Source: an uncultured Acidobacteriota bacterium (GTDB taxonomy: Bacteria > Acidobacteriota > Vicinamibacteria > Vicinamibacterales > Fen-181). From it: a stretch of DNA of 64,000 nucleotides. The notes beneath the pieces are model-generated. The model saw only the letters and a program-made list of their open reading frames with translations. It was not told where the DNA came from and searched no databases. Below, one piece after another: positions 34,854-43,690 of the stretch; position 1 is the first letter of the stretch, and every line of letters starts with the position of its first letter. Made by a program: the position numbers and the translations under genes. The stretch spans positions 142,005-206,004 of the forward strand of contig CAWARN010000005.1 of assembly GCA_963784455.1 (NCBI GenBank). Direction: 5' to 3'.

Positions 34854-35566
34854 CGCACGCGGCCCGCATACTCCGCGTACCCTTCCAGTTCGGCACGGAG
34901 CGTGCGGTCCTCGAGAGCGGTGCGCACGACGACCACCACTCCAATCGCGGCGGCGATGGTCAGCGCCCACAGCGAGCCCAAGGCGAGAGCGACCCCGGGC
35001 ATGTGCACGATCGAGGCAAGGTAGCCCGGGTGCCGGACCAGCCGGTACGGTCCAGTGTCCACCACGTGGTGACCCCGGTCCCGCTGGATCCGGATGATGG
35101 CTGAAAAGAATCGGTTTGCGGCGACCGCCCGATTCGACAGCGCGCCGCCGAGCCCTATGAGCAGCAAGCCGGCCGCGTTCCACGCCGCGGACATCTGCGG
35201 GCTCCAGTGGAACCGCCGGTCGAAACCGCACGCGAGGAGGAGCGCCAGGGGGCCGACGCCACCGATGACGGCCACGAGCGGCTTGTCCCAGCGCTTCGCG
35301 TCTGCCGGAGGCCGCCGGCGCTCGGCCACCAAGTCGGGATGGCGGCCGAGGATCACCATGTAGCCGGCGAGCATCACGGTCATCAGACCCAGGTAGGCCC
35401 ACGCCGCGGGCCAGGCGAATGTGCCGGCGCACGCAAACAGCATCAGCCCGTAGGCGACCGTCGTCAGGGCAAGACGGATCCAATCGGCCAGGAGACCGCC
35501 GCTCGGCGCCCTTCCCTGGCCGGTGGCCGTCTGGTCTCCGCCGGGGCCTTCTGCCAGCACCGTCAC
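34826..35566 (-). CDS. Isoprenylcysteine carboxyl methyltransferase (ICMT/PEMT) family membrane protein
   Basis: ORF 246 aa, multi-TM, C-terminal signature VVDTGPYRLVRHPGYLASI...RTALEDRTLRAELEGYAEYAGRVRYRLLPGVW. The GTG start overlaps the upstream stop (GTGA). Confidence 0.8.
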   Translation of the reverse strand: MTVLAEGPGGDQTATGQGRAPSGGLLADWIRLALTTVAYGLMLFACAGTFAWPAAWAYLGLMTVMLAGYMVILGRHPDLVAERRRPPADAKRWDKPLVAVIGGVGPLALLLACGFDRRFHWSPQMSAAWNAAGLLLIGLGGALSNRAVAANRFFSAIIRIQRDRGHHVVDTGPYRLVRHPGYLASIVHMPGVALALGSLWALTIAAAIGVVVVVRTALEDRTLRAELEGYAEYAGRVRYRLLPGVW

Positions 35567-36541
35567 TTCTTCTTGCTCGCCTCTTCGAGCGAGGTGACGA
35601 GGAACGCGATCTCCTCGTCGCTGAGCTTCTTCTTCACCGTCTGGAGCATCGTCTTGAAGTGCGCGATCTCGTCGGGCTGTGCGGGGAACCCGGTGTTTCC
35701 CTTGGGGCCCGTGCTGTGAATCAGCGCCTTTCCGTCACCGTCGAGGAACGCGAACCACGGCAGGCCCTGTTCCTTGTCGATATAGCGCTTCTCGATCTCC
35801 TTCGCGCCCTTCGCACGGTCGTAGTCGAGCTTCGCGAAGACGAATTCCCTGGCGAGCAGCGGTGCGACATCCTTGGACGCCATCCAGGCGCCCAGCCTGT
35901 GGCAAAACGTTCACCACGGGGCCGTGAACCAGAGAAAGACGGTACTTGCCGTCCTTCTTCGCCTGGCTCAGGGCGGCCCTGAATGGCGGATCGGCATCGG
36001 GCGCCGGCGCCTGGTGTTTCTCGAGGAACGCGGCGAATTTCTTCGGATCGACGGTGGCGGGGTCGTCGCCCGCCATCTCCGTCGCCGACGCGTTCGCCAG
36101 GACCTTGCCGTGTGCGTCCAGGACGGTAAAGTAAGGCAGGGCTCCGGGCGCCGGCTTCGCGCCGTACGCCGCGGCCACGTCCAAGTTCCTGTCGATGCGG
36201 CCGACGTCCACGTAGACGAGCTTGTACTCATCCGAGAAGAACCGCGGCGTCGTGATTTCCGGCGACCGCTGCACCTGCGTGAACTTCGTCGAGCGCTCGT
36301 CGTCGTTCGCGCCCCAGTTGATCAGGACGCGAATGTCGCTCTCTTCGGCGCCCGCGGTGGCGGTGGCGATCAGCGCCTTCGCGTCGGCCGTCTCGCTGTA
36401 GATCTTGCGCGGCGCCTGCGGCTGACGAGGCGCCGCCGTCGGCGTCGCCGGCACGCTCTGTTGCCGCGGCGGTGCCTGCTGCGGCGGCGGAGGCGCCTGG
36501 CCGCTCATCGCCAGGAGGAGCGGCAGGAAATGAAGAACCAT
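35563..36541 (-). pseudogene. Secreted two-domain thioredoxin-fold protein; candidate selenoprotein (TGA at the first position of U-x-x-C). One frame break as sequenced
   Basis: ORF 35735..36541 (MVLHFLPLLLAMSG..., first Trx-like domain, ...SQAKKDGK) joins after one extra base at 35941..35946 (plus-strand GGTAC) to TVFLWFTAPW-TGA-TFCHRLGAWMASKDV..., which runs into ORF 35563..35883. TGA at 35911..35913. 979 nt minus 1 = 326 codons. Confidence 0.65.
35874..35894 (-). promoter_or_regulatory. SECIS-like stem-loop 17 nt 3' of the in-frame UGA
   Basis: mRNA UGGGCGCC-UGGAU-GGCGUCCA: an 8-bp stem (one G.U pair) with a 5-nt apical loop containing GG. The loop starts 25 nt after the UGA. Confidence 0.45.
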
Positions 36542-36614
36542 CGGATGCTCCCTATGCCGAGCCGACGCCCGACGCGGGCCCGGCGGACTGCCGCGGAGTC
36601 TACCACACCGACCT

Positions 36615-38255
36615 CTACGGCGCGGGCGCCCGGATCGAGAAGACCGTCCACACCCGCATGCGCGACACCCAGTTGTTGACGTTCACTCGGGTCACCCACG
36701 CCGGCAGGGTTCTCGCGACCGGCGTGACCTCGAGTCCGCTCGCCGCGAGCCAGTCGGGTGGCGAGAACGATCGGTGGAAAAAGAAGACGCGACCTGGCGC
36801 TGCCGAGGCGGCGTGTCTCAGCTCCTCAATCGTTTCGAAGTTCCTCACCGTGGTGTTGGGCGACCTGTAGAAGCAGATCTCGAGTGAGAGGAACCTGTAG
36901 GGCGAATCCGTCGCCGTGTAAACCGTGATGGGCTGCTGCTGGCTTGCGTCCCACAACCACCGGAAGAGCACCTCGGTTTCGTGCGACGGCTTCACCGTCA
37001 CGACAGCCAGGGCGACGAGGTTCACGACGACGAACGCCCGCGCGGCGTTGCGGGCAGCCCGCGAACGGGTCCAGCGCTCGAGCGTGGACGAGGCTCCTGA
37101 CGCGAACCGGTCCGCAGCGAGGACCAGCAGCGGCACCACCGCGTAGGTGATCGGGACCAGAAAGCGATCCTCCTTGTGCGCGATCAGGCTGTGCCCGACC
37201 AGGAACGGCAGCGTCGCCCACACGAGGATGTGCCGGCGGTCATACCAGACGGCGGCCACGAGCAGGCCCGCGAGCGCGAGGCTGAACGGGGGAAGGAGGA
37301 ACAGCAGAATCCTGCCGATGTAGTACCACCACGGTTCGACACCAAAGGTGGCCGCCTTGCCCTCGATGAGGTTCGCCCGGACGTACTCATAGGGTGTGAA
37401 CACCCAGGCGTCGTACAACCACCGGTCGGCCAGAGCGCCCGCCGCGCACGCCACGAGGAACGACAAGGCCAGAGCCGCCACAACCGACGGACGCGCCCGC
37501 CGGACGAACAGGAGCCAGCATCCGGCGCCCGCGATCGAGAACCCGACCTGATAGCGGAAGTAGAACGCGAAGCCCCACAGCAGTCCGGCTGCCGCCGCTG
37601 CGGCCACCGGTCCAGGCTCCCAGCGGACCCGCGGCCCCGCCGCCCCCTCGCGACTCTCTCGGACGGAGTCCAGCAGGAAGCACACGCCCGCGAAGAACAG
37701 CAGGCCGCCCCAATTGTCCGCGGAGAATCGAACGCGGGCGAAGGGCAGGAACCAGAGGAACATGCTGCCGGCGACGAGGACCAGCTTCAGCCGTTCGCTG
37801 CGAATCTCGGGCAGCACGCGCGTGGCCACCGCCAGCGATACCCAGACGCCCAGCAGGCCGGACGCCAGCCTGAGCAGGAAGGCCAGGACGAACGGCGATG
37901 ACACCCCGATGGCCTCGACCCCTCGCGCGGCCCAGACCGCCAAGAGCGGCTGCAGGCCAGGGCGCATCTGCTCGCGGAACTCCCAGGCCAGCGTTTCAGC
38001 CGGCGCGCGACCGAGCTTGTACCAGGCGAGCTCGAGGATCTGGAAGTGCTCGTCGTAGCTCAGGAAGCCCCGGTTGAACCATGCCGACGCCGCGACGACC
38101 GCCAGGCCGCCGGCGATAAGCCATGCAGCCCGCTTCGCGCCCACGTGCGCCGCGATCGAGCCGAACATCGACTGCCGCCGGACGCCCGTGTCCCCGGTGG
38201 GAAGGGTGAGGGATGTCGCCATTATGCAGATCGTCCGACCGATCATATCAGCCAC
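36615..38255 (-). CDS. GT22 family (Alg9/PIG-B-like) dolichyl/polyprenyl-phosphate-mannose-type mannosyltransferase, multi-TM
   Basis: ORF 546 aa. YDEHFQILELAWYKLG, GHSLIAHKEDRFLVP (GT22 HKE-x-RF motif), more than 10 TM helices. The start may be the internal ATG 38168. Confidence 0.8.
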   Translation of the reverse strand: MADMIGRTICIMATSLTLPTGDTGVRRQSMFGSIAAHVGAKRAAWLIAGGLAVVAASAWFNRGFLSYDEHFQILELAWYKLGRAPAETLAWEFREQMRPGLQPLLAVWAARGVEAIGVSSPFVLAFLLRLASGLLGVWVSLAVATRVLPEIRSERLKLVLVAGSMFLWFLPFARVRFSADNWGGLLFFAGVCFLLDSVRESREGAAGPRVRWEPGPVAAAAAAGLLWGFAFYFRYQVGFSIAGAGCWLLFVRRARPSVVAALALSFLVACAAGALADRWLYDAWVFTPYEYVRANLIEGKAATFGVEPWWYYIGRILLFLLPPFSLALAGLLVAAVWYDRRHILVWATLPFLVGHSLIAHKEDRFLVPITYAVVPLLVLAADRFASGASSTLERWTRSRAARNAARAFVVVNLVALAVVTVKPSHETEVLFRWLWDASQQQPITVYTATDSPYRFLSLEICFYRSPNTTVRNFETIEELRHAASAAPGRVFFFHRSFSPPDWLAASGLEVTPVARTLPAWVTRVNVNNWVSRMRVWTVFSIRAPAP

Positions 38256-38284
38256 GCCCCCGACCGCTCATCCACTGCGCGCGG

Positions 38285-38347
38285 CAGTCTCCTATCTTCC
38301 GTCTTCTGTCTTCCGTCTTCTGGATTCTGGATTCTGTCTTCTGGCTT
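38285..38347 (-). repeat. Heptanucleotide tandem array, 9 units (CAGAAKN family read on the minus strand)
   Basis: Plus strand TCTTCCG TCTTCTG TCTTCCG TCTTCTG GATTCTG GATTCTG TCTTCTG GCTTCTC TCTTTTC, in the divergent GT22/prs promoter region. Confidence 0.85.
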
Positions 38348-38375
38348 CTCTCTTTTCTGATATCTTCCCCCCACC

Positions 38376-39362
38376 ATGAATCCCGAGATGATCGACCCCA
38401 GTGAGGTGCGCTTCTTCGCGGGCAGCTCGAATGGCCCGCTCGCCGCCGACATCGCCCAGCTGCTCGGCGTCCCCCTCGACGGCGTGGCCGTCACCAAGTT
38501 CAGCAACGACAATCTGTACATCCAGCTTGGCGCGAGCGTCCGCTCCCGCGAGGTGTTCATCGTGCAGTCGCTCTCGCCGCCGGTGAACGACCACCTGATG
38601 GAGCTGCTGATGATGCTGGACATCGCCCGCGGCGCCGGTGCGAAGGCGGTCCACGCTATCGTCCCGTACTTCTCGTTCGCGCGGTCCGACAAGAAGGACG
38701 CGCCCCGGATCTGCATCACCGCCCGCCTGGTCGCCGACCTTCTCGAGACGGCCGGCGCCAGCCACGTGATGACGATGGTGCTGCATTCGCCGCAGGTGCA
38801 CGGCTTCTTCGGCGTCCCGACCGATCCGCTGGCCAGCCGGCAGGCGTTCAACCGCCACTTCCTGGCGTGCGACCTGACGGGCGCGGTCGTCATCGCGCCG
38901 GACCTCGGCCACGCGAAGGCCGCGGCGCGCTTCGCCAAGGACCTTGGCCTGCCCGTCGCGGCCGGCAACAAGGAGCGCCTCTCCGACACCCAGGTCCGCG
39001 TCACCAGCATCGTCGGGCCCCCGCTCCAGGCGTTCCGCTGCGCGCTGGTCTACGACGACGAAATCGCGACCGGCGGGTCGGTGGTGGAGTTGTGTGACCG
39101 GCTGATCCAGGAGGGCATCAACGACATCCGCATCGCGTGCACGCACGGGGTGTTCGTGAGAAACGCGCTCCCGCGCATCGCGGCGATCGAACAGGTGCGG
39201 GAGATCGTGACCACCGACACGGTCTACATGCCGCCCGAGCGGCGGCACGCGAAGCTGCGGGTGCTGTCGGCGGCCCCGATATTCGCCGACGCGATCCGCC
39301 GCAATTACTTCAGGCAGTCGATCGGCCACCTGGTGGCCTGCGGCGATGCCGATTCGGTGTGA
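38376..39362 (+). CDS. prs: Ribose-phosphate pyrophosphokinase (PRPP synthetase)
   Basis: ORF 328 aa. VRFFAGSSNGPLAADIAQLLGV, YFSFARSDKK, MVLHSPQVHGFFGVP, ALVYDDEIATGGS (PRPP-binding site). Confidence 0.95.
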   Translation: MNPEMIDPSEVRFFAGSSNGPLAADIAQLLGVPLDGVAVTKFSNDNLYIQLGASVRSREVFIVQSLSPPVNDHLMELLMMLDIARGAGAKAVHAIVPYFSFARSDKKDAPRICITARLVADLLETAGASHVMTMVLHSPQVHGFFGVPTDPLASRQAFNRHFLACDLTGAVVIAPDLGHAKAAARFAKDLGLPVAAGNKERLSDTQVRVTSIVGPPLQAFRCALVYDDEIATGGSVVELCDRLIQEGINDIRIACTHGVFVRNALPRIAAIEQVREIVTTDTVYMPPERRHAKLRVLSAAPIFADAIRRNYFRQSIGHLVACGDADSV

Positions 39363-39370
39363 ACGGCCCG

Positions 39371-41133
39371 CTACCTCGACACCATTTCCATCGTGCGCAG
39401 CACCGGGTAGTACTGCGGCGCTGGCGTCGCGCCCAGCACCGGGTCCAGGATGTTCCACGCCATGAGCCCGTCGTCCGAACGCGGATCGAACAGCATAAAC
39501 GCCAGCCGCGCCAGCGGCTGATCCATCGGCACCACCACCGACCCGGCCGGGATCGTCTGTTCGACGGTCTCCCACTTGCCGGTCAGCGTGCGCATCTTGT
39601 GCGTGCCCTGGTACTCGCGATCGGCCAGCACGTTGGTGTCGATCACGAACCGCTCGCCCTTGAACGACGTCTCCTTCTCGGTCTTGAAGAACCTGACACC
39701 GTGGGCCTCGAGGCGATCGACGACGCTCGCCATGGCTCGGCTGGACGGGCTTCCGCCCCCGCCTCTCGGCGCAGCGGGAGGAGCCACGGGTGATCCCGCG
39801 GCTGGCGGCGCCGACGCGGCGAGCGGCATCACGTAGAACCGCGGCGCCAGGCTCGTCTCGGTGGGGGAGGTGGTGGCATAGTGCCCCGCCGTCTCGCTCT
39901 TCTCGCCTCCCGGCACGCGCTTCCGGAAGGGCCGGTCGGGCACGTACGGATTCCGTTCGCTGACAGTCTGCGCCGTGACGATCGTCACGGGATCAGGCGC
40001 CTTGACGAGTTGCTGGCGCACCGCCAGCTGCGTGCCGGCGACCGACTCGCGCTCCGCCGCGGCGACGGTGTTTCGCACCGTCTCGCCGTTCTTCACGGCG
40101 AAGTCGATGACCTCCTCGAGAAACCAGTAGGTCGCCTTGATCCTGTCCTCGAACGAGGCGTACGAGTAGGTCTCCACGAGGATGCCGAGCTTGTTCCGCA
40201 CGCCGAAGTACGTCGAGGTGTAGCGCGGCTTGGCCAGTTCGGCGTCGGACGCCCAGGCGCGCTCGCTGCCGCCGCGCATCATGCCGCCGTAGTAGAAGTA
40301 GTCCCAGCCGTGCTTCGCCTTGACCGCCCTGGTCACCTGCGGGAGAAGGACGTTGCGCAGCAACCCGACCGTCGCCTTCGAGTCGTTCGGATTGAGCGAC
40401 GTCTCGTAGGTGAGGTAGAAGCCGCTGTCGGCGCTCCCGTCGGTCGTGTGGAGGTCGATAGCCATCTGCGGGTCGTACGCCGTGAGCAGCATGGCGAGCG
40501 AGCGGGCCTCGGCCGTCTCCATCTTCGTGCAGTCACGGTTCAGATCGAGGTTCTGCGCGTTGGTGCGCTGGCCCATCCCGCCGACGGGGCCGTTCTGGCT
40601 TCCGCGGTTCGCCACGTTGACGCGTTCGTTGCCGTCGGCGTTGTAGATCGGGTTGATGAGCAGGACGACCGACTTGAACCACTCGGCGCGCTCGCCTTTC
40701 GCGATGGAGCGGAGCAGCCAGAGCAGCGCCTCCTTCCCTTCGACTTCACCGGCGTGGATGTTCCCCTGGATGTAGATCCGCGTCTTCTTCGCGGCGAGCA
40801 CCGCTTCGGCGGTCGCGGCCGGGGCGCCGATGACGGCGAGCGGCATCGGTCGGCCCTCGTACGTGTAGCCGTAGGTCGTCATGTGGATCTGCGGCGACGC
40901 GGCGGCCATGGCCTTCATGTACGAGACGACCTCGTCGTACCGAGCTCGTTTCCGCGTAGTTCGTCGCCTCGGGTCGCGTCAGCGGCCACTTCGAGGCGGC
41001 AGGCCCGGCCGGAGTGGCCGCGGGCCTGGCGGGCGCCACCGGTTGAGAGCGTCGGGGCCTGCGCCGCCAAGGCGGCGACGAGCGCGCACGCGAGCATCAC
41101 ACCAGGAACGATGGTGGATAGGATCTTCCGCAT
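39371..41133 (-). pseudogene. Secreted M14 family metallocarboxypeptidase, two frame breaks as sequenced
   Basis: Signal peptide MRKILSTIVPGVMLACALVAALAAQAP (tail of ORF 40915..41307). Then VAPARPAATPAGPAASKWPLTRPEATNYAETSS (ORF 40746..41039). Then YDEVVSYMKAM... in ORF 39371..40918 (zinc site NIHAGEVEG, DLHTTDGS). Extra bases near 41035..41043 and at 40937..40941 (GTACC). 1763 nt minus 2 = 587 codons. Confidence 0.85.
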
Positions 41134-41237
41134 GTCGTGGAGTCTCCGTGTGAGGGGTTCCGCTCCCAAGGTCCGCGAGAATAGCACAGGTGACTCGGGA
41201 CTCGACTGGCGGCACGTGCTAGGATCGGCCCCAACGC

Positions 41238-42107
41238 ATGCCCGCGCTGCTTGCCGCCATCGTATGCGCGCTCGCGGCCTGGCCTTCCGCCGCCGCGGCT
41301 CAGCCACCTGCCGACGTCGCGCCGCGTGACCCGATCGAGGTCGCGTTCTCGCGGATGTACGACTACGATTTCGCCGGCGCGCACGCCGTGCTCGACGCGC
41401 AGACCACCGTCGACCCCGGCAATCCGCTCGTCTATTCCACCAGGGCCGCGGCGTACCTTTTCGCAGAACTCGGGCGCTTGAAGATCCTCGAGAGCGACTT
41501 CTTCCTGCACGACGACAACCTCGTGGACGACCGGAAGCTGCAGCCCGATCCAGTCGTGCGCCAGAAATTCCTGGATGCCGTGGCCGCCGCGCGGCAGCGG
41601 GCTACGGCGCGCCTGGCCGCGGCGCCGGACGACCGAAACGCGCTTTTCGCGATGGCCATGTCCGCGTGCGTCGTGGCCGACTACACCGGTCTCGTCGAGC
41701 GCCGCCAGTGGCGGTTTCTCACGCTGTCAAAGGAGACGAAGCGGTACGTCGACAAGCTGCTGGCGCTGGATCCGCCGGTCTACGACGCCTACTACAACGT
41801 CGGGATTCTCGAGTACGTTGTCGGCAGCCTGCCGTTCTTCGTGCGGTGGTTCGTGCCGCTCGACACGGTGGAGGGCAACAAGCGGAAGGGGATCGACGCG
41901 ATGAAGATCGTCGCCCGCCAGGGACGCTACTATGCGCCGTTCGCGCGGGTGCTCCTGGCCGTGGTCTCGTTGCGCGAGGGCAAGCCTGCCGACGCACAGA
42001 CGATCCTCGCCGGTCTCGCCCGCGAGTACCCGAACAATGCGCTCTTCGCCAAGGAGCTGGCACGGCTCGACGACCGGCTTCGCGCCGAGAGCGCGCGGCG
42101 CAGATAG
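41238..42107 (+). CDS. Hypothetical secreted helical protein
   Basis: ORF 289 aa with signal peptide MPALLAAIVCALAAWPSAAAAQ, intact, high GC3. No family recognised. Confidence 0.6.
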   Translation: MPALLAAIVCALAAWPSAAAAQPPADVAPRDPIEVAFSRMYDYDFAGAHAVLDAQTTVDPGNPLVYSTRAAAYLFAELGRLKILESDFFLHDDNLVDDRKLQPDPVVRQKFLDAVAAARQRATARLAAAPDDRNALFAMAMSACVVADYTGLVERRQWRFLTLSKETKRYVDKLLALDPPVYDAYYNVGILEYVVGSLPFFVRWFVPLDTVEGNKRKGIDAMKIVARQGRYYAPFARVLLAVVSLREGKPADAQTILAGLAREYPNNALFAKELARLDDRLRAESARRR

Positions 42108-42131
42108 AAGACGGACGACACCAGAGGTGAT

Positions 42132-43541
42132 GTGTCAGCACACCTCGCGGCTTCCGCGGCTCTGCTGGCCCTCGCCGTCGCGTCGGGCGGGTCGGCACAG
42201 ACCCGACCCGCCGAGGCGCGCCAGGCGAGCGCAGGATCCCTCGCCGCTCGACGGACACCCGTCGAGGAGCCGTCGGCCGCCGACCGGAGCCGTGCGACGG
42301 TTGTCCGCGCCGGCGTCCGCTCGGTGGCCGTCGCCGAGGTGTTCGGCGTCAACCTGGTCTACAACCTCATCAACCAGGCTCTGCCGACCGAGTACAGCGG
42401 CGACTTCAGCGTCAGCCACGACACGCTGGCGCGACAACATCGGCCACGGATTCACCTGGGACAACGATCCGTTCATCGTCAACCAGTTCGGCCACCCCTA
42501 CCAGGGCGGTAACTACTTCTCGGCGGGCCGCGCGCAACGGGCTGAGCTACTGGGAGTCGATCCCGCTGACCGCGCTGGGCAGCGTGACGTGGGAGTGGTT
42601 CGGCGAGAGCACCCACCCGGCGTGGAACGACGTCATCAACACGACGATGGGTGGCGCGGCGTTCGGTGAAGTGCTCCACCGGATGGCCTGGCTCGTGCGG
42701 GACCCTCGCCAGACCGGCCGGTCTCGGCTCTGGCGCGAGATTGGCGCCACGGTGATCGACCCATCGGAGGACTGAACCGGTTCGGATGGCGCGAGGCGCT
42801 TCGCCCAGGGGAGAAGCCGGCGACGTGTCGGCCGAGTCGCGCGATGGCCGAAGTCCAGCTTGGCCTCTCGTGGCCTGAGGGCGACCTTCGCGCGGAAGGC
42901 TCATCGCCGAAGAACGTGTTCGGATCGTTCGCCCTCGACTACGGGGCGCCCGAGCGAGGCCCGACCGAGGCTCCGTTCGACGCATTCTCGATGGCGGTCC
43001 GGGTCGGCGGCGGTGCGACCGTGTCGGCCGCGGCCGATTCGCGGCCGGCTCGCCAGCCGGCCGCTGGGCAGCTTGGACCCGCTCGCACACCAACTCATCG
43101 TCGCCCAGGACTACGGCTACCGAGAGGCCCCTGGATTCCTGTTCGGCGAGCAGAGCGTCGTCGGCGGCCTCGCCAGCCGGGTCGAACTGCGCCCGGGCGT
43201 GTCGATCTCGACGACGGCGGTCGGCGGCGTCATCGCCGCTCGGAACCATCGACTCGGCGGCGGAGCCGCGCGCCAACCGCGCGTTCGACTACGGTCCGGG
43301 CGTGACGGCCTCCGGGTCGGCGGAACTGACGGTCCGCGGTTTGCCGGTGCTCGGCGTGGAGGCGGCGGTGTGGTGGATGCACACGGTGACGCGCGGGCCG
43401 GCCGACCACGCACTGTCGCTCGTCCGCGCGAAGGGCCGGGTCCCGCTCTTCCGCGGCATCCACGTCCTGGTGGAGGCCGAGCGGGTGACGCGCGACAGCC
43501 GGGTGGACGGCCGTTCGGATCAAGCGGCTGACGGGCGCTGA
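42132..43541 (+). pseudogene. DUF3943-like secreted/outer-membrane protein, five frame breaks as sequenced
   Basis: Pieces: signal MSAHLAASAALLALAVASGGSAQ...SVSHDT; WRDNIGHGFTWDNDPFIVNQFGHPYQGGNYFSAGRA; NGLSYWESIPLTALGSVTWEWFGESTHPAWNDVINTTMGGAAFGEVLHR...; ...AEVQLGLSWPEGD...; ...LIVAQDYGYREAPGFLFGEQS...; ...FDYGPGVTASGSAELTVRG... Breaks near 42426, 42533, 42766, 43036 and 43240. 1410 nt -4 +1 = 469 codons. The family call is from memory of the HPY-G-x-YF motif. Confidence 0.55.
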
Positions 43542-43690
43542 ATCCGGCGAAGCGTTGCGGCGCGTGGCCTCGCGCTCGGGCTCGCTCTGCGGACCGCGTA
43601 GCCCTGCGCCGACGCGGCTCGGCCGCCTCGCACTCCCGCGATTGGCCGCACGACGTCCTCCGCGGGCCAGGCGTAGGGTACGTATCGAGC

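Noticed and set aside
33282-38347. A mobile element or genomic island bounded by the inverted heptamer arrays.
   Set aside because: There is no transposase, integrase, tRNA or direct target repeats. The enclosed genes have the same composition as their surroundings and include ordinary envelope enzymes.
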